Assembly (NCBI GenBank): GCA_963663765.2
Contig: CAXXUA010000013.1
Span: 320,001-384,000 of the forward strand
From: Candidatus Poribacteria bacterium
GTDB taxonomy: Bacteria > Poribacteria > WGA-4E > WGA-3G
Direction of reading: 5' to 3'
DNA: 64,000 nucleotides
The notes under the pieces were generated by a model. That model did no database searches. It saw only the letters and a list, made by a program, of their open reading frames with translations, and was not told the DNA's origin. Below are positions 31,473 to 41,521 of this stretch, in pieces. Numbering within the stretch: position 1 is the stretch's first letter; each line of letters starts with the position of its first letter. The translations under genes and the position numbers were made by a program.

Positions 31473-31985
31473 TCAGTTTATATATAGGTACTTTTTCCAA
31501 GATGGATGGTACCCTCTGAAATGACGGTTGAGTTGCAAATACGTCAGAATTGAAGGCGTTTTCGGTAAACGTTTCAACTTGAATTGTGTTTCATCCAGCA
31601 TCCGACTGCCTTTTTTGTTGTTGCATCTTTTGCATGCTGTTACAACATTATCCCATGTGGTTTTCCCACCCTTTGAGATGGGGACGACATGGTCAAGTGT
31701 GAGAAGAGATGCAGACAAGTTTTGATGGCAATACTGACACGTATGCTGGTCGCGCGCAAGAACGTTCTTACGGGAAAACTTGACAACACTACGCGGAACA
31801 TGGACGTAATTTACCAAACGGATAACATGCGGTACTTTGAACGCAGTTGATGGTGACTGTATCTCCGTATCAGACATTTCTTCTGTCTGAGCCGTACCTT
31901 TGAATACCATCTTCAAGGCACGTCTTAGGTTGCAAACATTGATTGCTTCGTAACTTGCGTTTAGTACCAAAACGGTGACTTCCAC
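31473..31985 (-). CDS. HNH endonuclease
   Basis: VLVLNASY, RD.HTCQYC, TLDHVVP, WDNVVTAC..CN. Confidence 0.9.
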   Translation of the reverse strand: MEVTVLVLNASYEAINVCNLRRALKMVFKGTAQTEEMSDTEIQSPSTAFKVPHVIRLVNYVHVPRSVVKFSRKNVLARDQHTCQYCHQNLSASLLTLDHVVPISKGGKTTWDNVVTACKRCNNKKGSRMLDETQFKLKRLPKTPSILTYLQLNRHFRGYHPSWKKYLYIN

Positions 31986-32079
31986 TCGCCTGTCCTCCTA
32001 CAAGCAAGACATTCAGAGTATAATTACATGTAATATTACCACATCTATAAGGGAATTGCAACTAAAATCAGGTTTATGT

Positions 32080-32325
32080 CAGGGTTATTCAGTTTTAGGC
32101 ATTTTAGCTGATTCCTGAGAAAATCACGACGAGTAGACTGTCTAGACTTATTTTGTAGGTCAGGTAGAGGCACGAAACCCGAGATGTATTGATTGTTACT
32201 ATCATGTCGGGTTTCGTGCCTCTACCCGACCTACAATGTAAGAGTAGACAATCCATTAGGAGGTCGCTCCATACAAGCGTTTCATATTTGAAAAATCCGA
32301 AAAATAGGAAAACTGAAAAACCCTG
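32080..32325. mobile_element. MITE with CAGGG ends carrying a REP inverted pair
   Basis: CAGGGTTATTCAGTTTT / AAAACTGAAAAACCCTG ends; internal GTAGGTCAGGTAGAGGCACGAAACCCGA ... TCGGGTTTCGTGCCTCTACCCGACCTAC; no clear TSD. Confidence 0.6.
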
Positions 32326-32389
32326 CACAAATAAGTTGACAAAGTTCTATTCTTAAGGTATCCTATAAAAGAGCAAAACTGATTGGGAG

Positions 32390-33208
32390 ATGAAGATGTC
32401 AACTATACCGAGAAGTATCCTTGAAACACGTGAGTTAAGTCGTCACTACGGTGGTGTAATCGCTTTGTCACAGGTAACAATGCGGGTACTCCCTGGCCAA
32501 ATCTCCAGTTTGATTGGTCCAAACGGTGCAGGAAAAACAACACTCTTTAACTGTGTTACGAGTTTAGATAAACCTACGCTGGGGAATGTCAACTTTTTAG
32601 GGAAACGTATTACTGGTCTACGTCCAGATGAGGTTACGGGTCTTGGTATTGCCCGTACATTCCAAAATATTAGGTTGTTTACAGATCTAACGGTTTTGGA
32701 CAACGTAAAAATCGGGAGACACCTTCTAAATGATTATGTAGAATCATTTCGGACTCGTGCCTTCAGTGCTTTCGTCGGTGCAGTATTTCAAACAAAGATA
32801 CAGCAGCAAGAAGAACAACAGATTACCGAATTCGCAAAAGAGATGCTTAATTTTGTTGGATTAGGAGATGTTAGTAACCAAACAGCGGGTAATCTTTCAT
32901 ACGGAGACCAACGTCGCGTTGAGATTGCCAGAGCTTTAGCAACGGGACCGTCACTACTTCTTCTTGACGAACCCGCTGCAGGAATGAACCCGCAAGAGAC
33001 GCAAGAACTTATCTCTCTAATTTATACCATACGGGATCAAGGTATTTCAGTGCTGTTGATTGAACACGATATGAAAGTTGTTATGCAGATATCTGACTGG
33101 GTGACTGTATTAGACCATGGTGAGAAAATCAGTGAGGGACAACCCGCAGATGTGCAAAACGATGAACGTGTCATAGAAGCTTATTTAGGAACATCCGAAG
33201 ATGCTTGA
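32390..33208 (+). CDS. livG: Branched-chain amino acid-type ABC ATPase (LivG-like)
   Basis: GPNGAGKTT, GIARTFQNIRLF, LSYGDQRRVEIA, DEPAAG. Confidence 0.85.
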   Translation: MKMSTIPRSILETRELSRHYGGVIALSQVTMRVLPGQISSLIGPNGAGKTTLFNCVTSLDKPTLGNVNFLGKRITGLRPDEVTGLGIARTFQNIRLFTDLTVLDNVKIGRHLLNDYVESFRTRAFSAFVGAVFQTKIQQQEEQQITEFAKEMLNFVGLGDVSNQTAGNLSYGDQRRVEIARALATGPSLLLLDEPAAGMNPQETQELISLIYTIRDQGISVLLIEHDMKVVMQISDWVTVLDHGEKISEGQPADVQNDERVIEAYLGTSEDA

Positions 33209-33905
33209 ACTTAGAGATATCCACACATACTATGGAAATATCCGTGCTGTACGAGGTATTACTGTTAAGGTAAACGCTGGCGAAAAAGTTTGCATGATTG
33301 GCGCAAACGGTGCTGGTAAATCTACAACATTGATGACGATTTCAGGAGTACATAAGCCTGTTGAAGGAAGTGTTTTCTTTGAAGGACAAGATATAACAGC
33401 TACCTCAGCAGAACAACGCGTTTCACTCGGTATATCGCAAGTGCCAGAAGGACGTTTGATTTTTCCTGAGATGTCGGTGCTTGAAAATCTTGAACTCGGT
33501 GCTTACATCCGAAAAGACACATCAGGAATTCACTCGGATCTTGACAAAATATTTGATTATTTTCCAATTCTTGCGACGCGTCGTAAACAGCGCGGTGGTA
33601 GCCTCAGTGGGGGAGAACAGCAGATGTTGGCGATTGGACGCTCCCTGATGTCAAATCCGAGACTCCTCCTCCTTGATGAACCCTCTTTAGGACTTGCCCC
33701 CTTGATTGTAAAACAGATCTTTGAAATTATACAACAGATAAACAAGGAGGGAACAACAATCCTTTTGGTTGAGCAGAACGCACAAATTGCTTTGAATGTA
33801 ACGGATAGAGGGTATGTGATGGAAACTGGTGAAATCACGATTTCAGGTACCTCTGATGACCTATTAGCAGATGAACGTGTAAGGCAAGCGTATCTCGGGG
33901 AATAA
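33201..33905 (+). CDS. livF: Branched-chain amino acid-type ABC ATPase (LivF-like)
   Basis: GANGAGKST, VPEGR, LSGGEQQMLAI, DEPSLGLAP. Confidence 0.88.
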   Translation: MLELRDIHTYYGNIRAVRGITVKVNAGEKVCMIGANGAGKSTTLMTISGVHKPVEGSVFFEGQDITATSAEQRVSLGISQVPEGRLIFPEMSVLENLELGAYIRKDTSGIHSDLDKIFDYFPILATRRKQRGGSLSGGEQQMLAIGRSLMSNPRLLLLDEPSLGLAPLIVKQIFEIIQQINKEGTTILLVEQNAQIALNVTDRGYVMETGEITISGTSDDLLADERVRQAYLGE

Positions 33906-33910
33906 TCTGA

Positions 33911-34762
33911 ATGTACCCAACTCTGCTTGATTTCGGAACAATCTTTTCCATTCCCATCGGAATCCATAGTTATGGTGTTATGTTAGCCACTGCCTTCATT
34001 ACATGTAGTGTGTTTATACAACGTGAATTGAATCGACGAGGGTTTCAGGGAGATATAGCCACAACGATAGTCGTTGGGGGTGCGATTGGTGGGATAATTG
34101 GTGCAAAAATCTACTATGTACTATTTGTTGCATCAGCGTTTTCAATTCGAGAAATATTTAGTCCTACTGGTTTAGTATGGTATGGTGGTTTAATCGGTGG
34201 GAGTGTTGCTGTTGGTTGGGTTGTTCACCGTTCTCCAAATCCGTTTCTACCGTCCGTTGATGTCATCGGTCCCTTACTCCTACTCGGATACGGTATTGGT
34301 CGTATAGGGTGTTTACTTGCAGGTGACGGTGACTATGGTCCCGCTTCAGACCTACCTTGGGCAATGGCATTCCCAAATGGCACTGTTCCCACAGTTGTAC
34401 CTGTTCATCCAACACCTATCTATGAGACTTCCATGTCCTTGATTTTCTTCGGTATCCTCTGGTCTCAAAGGAAAAGAACTACATCAATCCCAGGACTGCT
34501 TTTTGGTGCGAGTCTTGTTCTGCTTGCCGTGGAGAGGTTTATCGCAGAATTTTGGAGATTGACACCACGTGTGTTCCCTACTGACCACGCAATGTCATGG
34601 CTGACATCCCCGCAGGTAGTAAGTGTTATCTTATTCTGGTTTGGTGTCGTCTTTATTTATGGGATGTATCAACGTCCAAGAGTTGCTGTTGATACTGAAG
34701 TGCCAATTCCGGGACCTGAAAAAGAGACCCCGCGTCTGCCAAAACGTAGACGGCGGCGATAA
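33911..34762 (+). CDS. lgt: Prolipoprotein diacylglyceryl transferase
   Basis: SYG, WYGGLIGG, GRIGC, HPTPIYE, RFIAEFWR. Confidence 0.85.
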   Translation: MYPTLLDFGTIFSIPIGIHSYGVMLATAFITCSVFIQRELNRRGFQGDIATTIVVGGAIGGIIGAKIYYVLFVASAFSIREIFSPTGLVWYGGLIGGSVAVGWVVHRSPNPFLPSVDVIGPLLLLGYGIGRIGCLLAGDGDYGPASDLPWAMAFPNGTVPTVVPVHPTPIYETSMSLIFFGILWSQRKRTTSIPGLLFGASLVLLAVERFIAEFWRLTPRVFPTDHAMSWLTSPQVVSVILFWFGVVFIYGMYQRPRVAVDTEVPIPGPEKETPRLPKRRRRR

Positions 34763-34807
34763 ATCTATTGTAGAATATTGGACAAATATGTTCTATTTTA
34801 TTTCACC

Positions 34808-36070
34808 TTACACCCGTATCTGACCATCCCCATAGATTACATACTTATAACTTGTCAATCCTTCAAGTCCCATAGGTCCGCGAGAGTGAAGTTTCTGTGT
34901 GCTGATACCTACCTCTGCACCTAACCCAAATTCATAACCATCGGTGAAAACGGTGCTCGCATTGACATAGACCGCAGCAGAATCTACCTCTTTCAGAAAA
35001 CGTTGTGATGCTGAATAACTTTCGGTGATGATTGCATCAGAATGATGTGAACCGTAAGTTTCTATGTGGTCAATTGCTGTGTCTATGTTGTCCACTACAC
35101 GAATGGAGAGGATATAATCGAGATATTCTGTCCGCCAGTCATCTTCAGTTGCAGGTTTGGCATCAGTAATAATGTTCTGGGTTTTATCGCATCCCCGGAT
35201 TTCAACTTTCGCTTCATGCATCAATTCACAGAAGTTGGGAAGGAATTCCTTAGCAACATCGGTATGCACGAGAAGTGTCTCTAATGCATTGCAGACAGCA
35301 ACCTTGTATCCTACCTTTGCATTCAGACAGATTTTGTTTGCCATGTCAAGGTCAGCAGCTGCATCTACATAGATATGACAGATACCGTCTGCATGTCCAA
35401 GTACCGGTATGTCAGATTCTCTCATCAAGAATTGGACAAATTCATTACTCCCACGTGGGATTACAAGATCAATATATTCTGGTAGACGAATAAGTTCATA
35501 GACTGCTTGTCTGTCTGTTGTGTCTACAAACTGGATTGCATCAGGTACACCTTCTGCTTCGGCAGTATCGCTGATGATTCTTGCCAGAATTGTGTTGGAT
35601 TTGATCGCTTCTGAACCACCCCGAAGAATCACACCGTTTCCTGATTTGATACATAGTGCCGACACCTCAACGGTCACATCAGGACGGGACTCATATACGA
35701 CACCGACTACACCGATGGGAACACGCACAGTACCGATTTTGAGGCCGTTGGGACGTTCTCCCATGCTGATAATCTCACCAATAGGGTCAGGAAGTGCGGC
35801 AACCTGCCTTAAGTTATCCGCCATCCGCACAATTTTCTTATCGTCAATCAGTAGACGTTGCAATAATGGCGTAGCGAGACCTGTTTTTTCAGCATTATCA
35901 AGGTCAGAAAGGTTAGCTTCTTGTATTTCGTCCTCGGCGTTTAGGATGTTTTCAGACATCTTTAGCAGTGTACTATTACGTATGTCAGCGGAGCTGCGTG
36001 ACAATATACGCATACCTGCTTTTGCTTTCTTTGCTTTTGCTCTGATCATCTTCTGGATGTTTTCGTTCAT
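34808..36070 (-). CDS. proA: Gamma-glutamyl phosphate reductase
   Basis: YESRP, IPRG, CNALETLL, NAST.FTDG.EFG.GAE.GISTQKLH.RGPMGL. Confidence 0.97.
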   Translation of the reverse strand: MNENIQKMIRAKAKKAKAGMRILSRSSADIRNSTLLKMSENILNAEDEIQEANLSDLDNAEKTGLATPLLQRLLIDDKKIVRMADNLRQVAALPDPIGEIISMGERPNGLKIGTVRVPIGVVGVVYESRPDVTVEVSALCIKSGNGVILRGGSEAIKSNTILARIISDTAEAEGVPDAIQFVDTTDRQAVYELIRLPEYIDLVIPRGSNEFVQFLMRESDIPVLGHADGICHIYVDAAADLDMANKICLNAKVGYKVAVCNALETLLVHTDVAKEFLPNFCELMHEAKVEIRGCDKTQNIITDAKPATEDDWRTEYLDYILSIRVVDNIDTAIDHIETYGSHHSDAIITESYSASQRFLKEVDSAAVYVNASTVFTDGYEFGLGAEVGISTQKLHSRGPMGLEGLTSYKYVIYGDGQIRV

Positions 36071-36138
36071 TCTCGATTTCCTTTGATGTGTTGGATTGAG
36101 ACATTACTTTACAACGTTTCCAACAAGTTTACTTGAGT

Positions 36139-37335
36139 TCAGTTTAGAAGCACAAGATTATCTCTATGTATAATTTCATCGTAATCGTGATATCCGAGTA
36201 TTTCTTTTATGTCCTGTGTTTGTTTACCAGCAAGTTTTGAAGTCTCTGTTGAGTTATAGTTTATCAGACCTCGCGCGATTTCCAAACCATCCTCTGTGAA
36301 ACATGAGACTGTATCGCTGTAATTAAAATGTCCCTCTACGCGACGAATACCCGCGGGCAACAGACTTTTCCCTCCTTGCATGAGTGCGTCATGCGCGCCG
36401 TTATCTACAACAAGGTAGCCTTGGGGTGGACGGGAATAGGCGATCCAACGTTTACGACCAGAGATTCGCGTGTTAGGAAGGAATAGCGTGCCAATTAGTT
36501 CACTTGAGAGAATACGTGTGACAATCATAGGTTCTCGACCATAAGCAATTAACACCATTTCACCAGAGGATGTAACGATTTCTGCTGCTCGTAGTTTTGT
36601 AACCATGCCACCAGTACCAGTTGCAGAACCAGCATTGCCAGCAGCTTGCCAAAGTTCTTCAGAAATAGAGTCAACTGTATGGATTAATTCCACATCTGGA
36701 TTATGTCTTGGATCTGCGGTGAAAAAACCTTGTTGGTCGGAAAGGATGATGAGCAGGTCGGCTTGGGTAAGGTTGGTAACATAAGCTGAAAGTGTGTCGT
36801 TGTCACCGACCTTAATTTCGTCAACAGCAACACTGTCATTTTCGTTGATAATCGGTATCGCACCGAGTTGAAGCAATTTCTGTATAGCATCGTTCATTCG
36901 GGTGTAACGTTTCCTATCGGAAAAGTCATCTTGAGTGAGTAAATGAGTGCTACATACTTGATTATAATTGCGGAAACGTTCTTCATAGGCAGCCATCAAC
37001 CGAATCTGTCCAACAGCAGCAGATGCCTGTAACTCGGGTAATGTCTGCGGTTTTGTGTTAAGACCAAGATAGGGCCAACCAGCTGCAATTGCACCCGATG
37101 TTACAAGTATGACTTCAATACCTTGCTGTTTGACTGTCGCTAAATCGTGAACAAGACCATCAAGTGCGGTTTCATTAATATGTAGATTGTCTGAAATTGT
37201 GCTGCTACCGACTTTTACGACAATTCGTTTGACATTGGTAAGACATTCACGGGTGTGAATTTGTCTTTTAGGATCCGTATTGTCGGTTTGTACAGACGTG
37301 TGAGTTTGCGTGAAAATCTCTTCTGAATTATTCAT
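36139..37335 (-). CDS. proB: Glutamate 5-kinase
   Basis: VVKVGSS, INENDSV, GDNDTL, GTGGMVTK, PUA domain. Confidence 0.96.
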   Translation of the reverse strand: MNNSEEIFTQTHTSVQTDNTDPKRQIHTRECLTNVKRIVVKVGSSTISDNLHINETALDGLVHDLATVKQQGIEVILVTSGAIAAGWPYLGLNTKPQTLPELQASAAVGQIRLMAAYEERFRNYNQVCSTHLLTQDDFSDRKRYTRMNDAIQKLLQLGAIPIINENDSVAVDEIKVGDNDTLSAYVTNLTQADLLIILSDQQGFFTADPRHNPDVELIHTVDSISEELWQAAGNAGSATGTGGMVTKLRAAEIVTSSGEMVLIAYGREPMIVTRILSSELIGTLFLPNTRISGRKRWIAYSRPPQGYLVVDNGAHDALMQGGKSLLPAGIRRVEGHFNYSDTVSCFTEDGLEIARGLINYNSTETSKLAGKQTQDIKEILGYHDYDEIIHRDNLVLLN

Positions 37336-37346
37336 CCTATTTTACT

Positions 37347-38639
37347 TCACTTGATTTTTCTTGGATTATAAGTGAATTCAAATTCATCAATCCGAATTGT
37401 ATCACCCTCTTTGACGCCTGCACGGGTTAATGCGTTTATTACTCCCATCTTTTTTAGTTTTCTAAACAATAGAATCAGTGCCTGTTCGTTTTCCATGTCA
37501 GTCATCACGACAGCGCGTTTCGGTTCAGTTCCACTAACGATAAATCCTTCTGTGGTATTCTCAAGTTCAAAACGGACTCGAGGTTCTGGTGGTAGTGTTT
37601 CTTCGTAGGTAATCGTTGTATCCGCTTCTTTCCGTGCTTTTTCTTCAAGGTAGAGTAAGGAACGGTTTGCCTGTTGCATTAACGTATCAACACCTTGTCC
37701 TGTAATAGCAGAGATAGGAAAGACCTTTCTCTTACCAAAATAGGTTTGGACTCGTTCTAAATTCGTTCCAGCTTCGGGTGTATCAATTTTATTGAGTGCA
37801 ATTAGTTGGGGTAGGTCAGTCAATTTGGGATTGTAGTGACCGAGTTCAAGGTTTAATTGTTCATAGTCTTTGATAGGGTCTCTTCCATCTGCTGCGCTTA
37901 GGTCTATAACATGGATCAACATTTTTGTGCGCTCAATGTGTCGGAGAAACTGATGACCTAAACCAGCACCTTTATGTGCCCCTTCAATCAAACCTGGAAT
38001 ATCTGCAAGGACAAAATTATGGTCTTGGTCAATGCGGACGACACCTAGGTTTGGGATTAGTGTTGTGAAGGGGTAGGATGCGATTTTTGGCGTTGCAGCA
38101 GAGGTTCGTGCAAGGAGTGTGGATTTACCAGCATTGGGGTAGCCAACTAACCCCACATCAGCAATGACTTTGACTTCAAGTCTAATCTCCCGTTCTTCCC
38201 CTGGTTCGCCTAATTCTGCGACACGTGGCACTTGAAAAGTGCTGCTTTTAAAACGTGAATTGCCTTTTCCACCAATACCACCGCCTGCTGCTATAACTGT
38301 CTGACCAGGTTCTGCCAAATCCGCAAGTAATTCATCTGTGTCATAATCTTTGACTATAGTACCGACTGGTACTTTTATGATTCGATCATCACCATCGGCT
38401 CCAGCCCGTTGTTTGCCAGTACCGTGTTTTCCGTTTTCTGCGACTTGACGTGGGTTATGGCGTAAATCTATCAGGGTACTTATGCCAAGTGTTGCAATGA
38501 GAATTACGTTGCCGCCGTTTCCTCCATCGCCACCATCGGGACCACCGCGAGGTACAAATTTCTCACGACGAAAACTGATACAACCATTACCACCGTTGCC
38601 AGCTTTGATTAGAATTCTTGCTGTATCCATATACGTCAC
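37347..38639 (-). CDS. obgE: GTPase ObgE/CgtA
   Basis: FRREKFVPRGGPDGGDGG, GYPNAGKST, YPFTT, DIPG, NKID. Confidence 0.97.
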   Translation of the reverse strand: MTYMDTARILIKAGNGGNGCISFRREKFVPRGGPDGGDGGNGGNVILIATLGISTLIDLRHNPRQVAENGKHGTGKQRAGADGDDRIIKVPVGTIVKDYDTDELLADLAEPGQTVIAAGGGIGGKGNSRFKSSTFQVPRVAELGEPGEEREIRLEVKVIADVGLVGYPNAGKSTLLARTSAATPKIASYPFTTLIPNLGVVRIDQDHNFVLADIPGLIEGAHKGAGLGHQFLRHIERTKMLIHVIDLSAADGRDPIKDYEQLNLELGHYNPKLTDLPQLIALNKIDTPEAGTNLERVQTYFGKRKVFPISAITGQGVDTLMQQANRSLLYLEEKARKEADTTITYEETLPPEPRVRFELENTTEGFIVSGTEPKRAVVMTDMENEQALILLFRKLKKMGVINALTRAGVKEGDTIRIDEFEFTYNPRKIK

Positions 38640-38679
38640 ACTTCAGAAGCAGAATTCATATTTACTCTTTACCTTACTA

Positions 38680-40404
38680 CTAATCCCATCTGTATTGGTT
38701 GTTATGATCAGGATCATAACCTTCGTCATCCCAATCTTTCATGCTAATTTCTTTCATGATGTTGAATTTTTGTGTCTGGCCAGAGTACATCCCGTCTTTC
38801 CAGACAATAGTAATCGTTAATTTTTCCGCACTTGTTTTAACGAAAAACTGTACGCTATAATCATTTCCGTCTGCCCCGCAGGGTACATCGTTATAGTCAT
38901 CACGGTAGTCTTGACCCAACTCACGCGTGTCTTCAGTATCAAGGGGAGGTGAAAGACCGATACGTTCGTCTGTGCAGGGACCTCTTGTTTGGCTAAAACT
39001 TTGTATCTCACCAGCATCCACCTTAAAGGTAAACCCGTAATCATCTCTATATTCTGTAATCGGATCGTCAACTGAAGCTGGACCAGTCAGCGGGTCCATC
39101 GGATACATGCCTAATCCACGCGGATTGTCTTCCACACCATTGTTGTCGTCGTCTTTCACATAGTTGTGAGGGTAGTATATCCAAACTAACCATCCGTCTA
39201 CCATCATGGGGTCGTGAGGATCGTCATCAGCGTGACCATAAACAAGGTGTGACAACACATTGTCTGGAGGATTGTGGCCACTTGGGTTAGGATTAGGCGT
39301 TGGTGTTCGACCGCCAACGTTGTTGTTATTGCCCCCGTTGTTGTTATTACCTCCGTTGTTCTCATTACCCCCGTTGTTCTCATTACCCCCGTTGTTCTCA
39401 TTGCCTCCGTTGTTCTCATTGCCTCCGTTGTTCTCATTACCCCCGTTGTTCTCATTACCCCCGTTGTTCTCATTACCCCCGTTGTTCTCATTGCCCCCGT
39501 TGTTCTCATTGCCTCCGTTGTTCTCATTACCTCCGTTGTTCTCATTGCCTCCGTTGTTGTTATTGCCCCCGTTGTTGTTATTGCCCCCGTTGTTGTTATT
39601 GCCTCCGTTGTTCTCATTGCCTCCGTTGTTCTCATTGCCTCCGTTGTTCTCATTGCCCCCGTTGTTCTCATTGCCCCCGTTGTTGTTATTACCCCCGTTG
39701 TTCTCATTACCCCCGTTGTTCTCATTGCCCCCGTTGTTGTTATTACCCCCGTTGTTCTCATTACCCCCGTTGTTCTCATTGCCCCCGTTGTTGTTATTGC
39801 CCCCGTTGTTCTCATTGCCCCCGTTGTTCTCATTGCCCCCGTTGTTCTCATTGCCCCCGTTGTTCTCATTACCCCCGTTGTTCCCATTATTTCCGTTGTT
39901 CCCATTATTTCCGTTGTTCCCATTATTTCCATTGTTCCCATTATTTCCATTGTTCCCGCCGTTGTTATCTCCTTTACCTGTGTTCTCTCCACCAGTTTCA
40001 GTAGGTTTTTCACCACCCCCTGTTATTTGGTCTCTAATATCAGAGGTATCCATTTCCTTTTCTGCACGTAATACCATTTGATCTCTATAATAAAAGACAT
40101 AAACAATACTTGTGTGATAAATATGAATTATTGGTATATCACTATTTTTGTTTTTTGGAACAAGTGTGATACATTTAGATTCGTACCCATTGTCAATGCA
40201 GACATATTCTGGATTAGAGTAGTTTAGATATTGGTCAACATCTCCTGGTTGCAACATTGAACCTGTAAATGGATTGTCAGAACAACCTGAGACACCGAGT
40301 AGAATAATACCAATAGTCCCTAAAAATAAAAAAAAACATCTCGTTAGAGTTTTAGTAGAAAATTGATATAGCATCCTATTATTTCTATATTTCTTTTTAT
40401 TCAT
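38680..40404 (-). CDS. Lipoprotein with a long GNN/GGNENN low-complexity insert
   Basis: Lipobox VSGC; N-terminal domain homologous to 40419-41339; ~215-aa Asn/Gly repeat. Confidence 0.8.
   Translation of the reverse strand: MNKKKYRNNRMLYQFSTKTLTRCFFLFLGTIGIILLGVSGCSDNPFTGSMLQPGDVDQYLNYSNPEYVCIDNGYESKCITLVPKNKNSDIPIIHIYHTSIVYVFYYRDQMVLRAEKEMDTSDIRDQITGGGEKPTETGGENTGKGDNNGGNNGNNGNNGNNGNNGNNGNNGNNGNNGGNENNGGNENNGGNENNGGNENNGGNNNNGGNENNGGNENNGGNNNNGGNENNGGNENNGGNNNNGGNENNGGNENNGGNENNGGNENNGGNNNNGGNNNNGGNNNNGGNENNGGNENNGGNENNGGNENNGGNENNGGNENNGGNENNGGNENNGGNENNGGNENNGGNENNGGNNNNGGNNNNVGGRTPTPNPNPSGHNPPDNVLSHLVYGHADDDPHDPMMVDGWLVWIYYPHNYVKDDDNNGVEDNPRGLGMYPMDPLTGPASVDDPITEYRDDYGFTFKVDAGEIQSFSQTRGPCTDERIGLSPPLDTEDTRELGQDYRDDYNDVPCGADGNDYSVQFFVKTSAEKLTITIVWKDGMYSGQTQKFNIMKEISMKDWDDEGYDPDHNNQYRWD
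39318..39966 (-). repeat. Coding tandem repeat (18-bp GGN(E/N)NN units plus 9-bp GNN units)
   Basis: About 30 copies of CCGTTGTTCTCATT(A/G)CC(C/T) plus about 8 GNN codon triplets; variation mostly synonymous. Confidence 0.95.
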
Positions 40405-40418
40405 GATGTATCTCCTTC

Positions 40419-41339
40419 CTACGGTTCATTGATGGGTTGTAATTGGAAGGTATATATATTCTCTTCTGATGCTACACCATCAGCTTTAATATAGAACATT
40501 GCTGTATAGTCTGGGACCAAACCATTTACATGAATTGTTATTTCTTTGCTCTCAGATTGAATAGTAAATTTAACCCCAGGGATGCCATTTGGTCCATCAA
40601 TTTGCAGGAAATTCTGAATTTCAAGATCGTCTTTCTTATCAGTAGCTAATTCCTTCCCTTCACCAATTCTTATGTCAAATCCACTGGTATCAGGTGTAGT
40701 ACCTCGGTCTGTTTCAGGAAAGTCTTCAGGATAATAGATCTCAATTATCCATTCTCCTGAGTCTTTTGAGGTATATCCGTTGTTTTCATTGTTATCTGGA
40801 GGCAATTGAAGTCTACCGGAATCTCTCAATTCCTGTATTAATTCAGTGGTATCCATAGCCTTTTCAGTACGTAGTATTGGACGGTTTTCGTAATAGAACA
40901 TAAAAACTACACTTGCAGGATGGATTTCAATGATTGGTGCAGGTGCAGGTGTTTCTTCTATCTCTATTTTTTTGAGACATATTGTATCAAACCCATCTTG
41001 AAGACAGACTGTGTCTTCACCAGTTGAACTCATATACCTATCAACATTATCAACAGTTAATACGGGTCCGGTATATGGTACATCTGAACAACCAATAATA
41101 CCTAAAAATAGAACAAATGCTGCACCAAGGAAGTGTATCTGTAGGAAGTTGATTTTTTTATTTTTGAAATTATGAAGCAAGTATATATTTTCAAGTTTAG
41201 CATCTTTTAACCATGTCAATACATTTTTATTTTCTACTGTGTTTTTTAAATGTTGGAAGGACACATCGTTTATTTTTTTTATATTATTTTCCATCTTCTT
41301 TTCCTTTTCTCTTGAAAGACATGTCTGCAACATGAACAT
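40419..41339 (-). CDS. Uncharacterised lipoprotein, paralog of 38680-40404
   Basis: IIGCSD lipobox; shared GCSD.P.TG, VC...G....C, PII.I, FYY, EK.MDT and W..IYYP blocks. Confidence 0.75.
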   Translation of the reverse strand: MFMLQTCLSREKEKKMENNIKKINDVSFQHLKNTVENKNVLTWLKDAKLENIYLLHNFKNKKINFLQIHFLGAAFVLFLGIIGCSDVPYTGPVLTVDNVDRYMSSTGEDTVCLQDGFDTICLKKIEIEETPAPAPIIEIHPASVVFMFYYENRPILRTEKAMDTTELIQELRDSGRLQLPPDNNENNGYTSKDSGEWIIEIYYPEDFPETDRGTTPDTSGFDIRIGEGKELATDKKDDLEIQNFLQIDGPNGIPGVKFTIQSESKEITIHVNGLVPDYTAMFYIKADGVASEENIYTFQLQPINEP

Positions 41340-41521
41340 ATTCCCTTGAAATCATACAATTCATAACGCTACAGCTGCAATTAGGTCTTTCTTTAATATC
41401 GCCAATTGAACGCATTTAGTCACTTGTATGTTTACTAAATTTATTTTGAACACAACTTTAATCCTTCCTATCACATCTATATCTGGTATTAGGAACACAA
41501 AGTTAACTTTCTACCCTTATT

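Noticed and set aside
26300-32390. Replication origin near mnmE/rnpA
   Set aside because: No dnaA or dnaN, and I saw no cluster of TTATCCACA boxes in the intergenic DNA.
39204-40081. Four long alternative-frame or antisense ORFs (LPPLFS, VVLIAP, CSHCPR and MRTTG repeats)
   Set aside because: Shadows of the stop-free 18-bp repeat; the variation is synonymous in the GGNENN frame.
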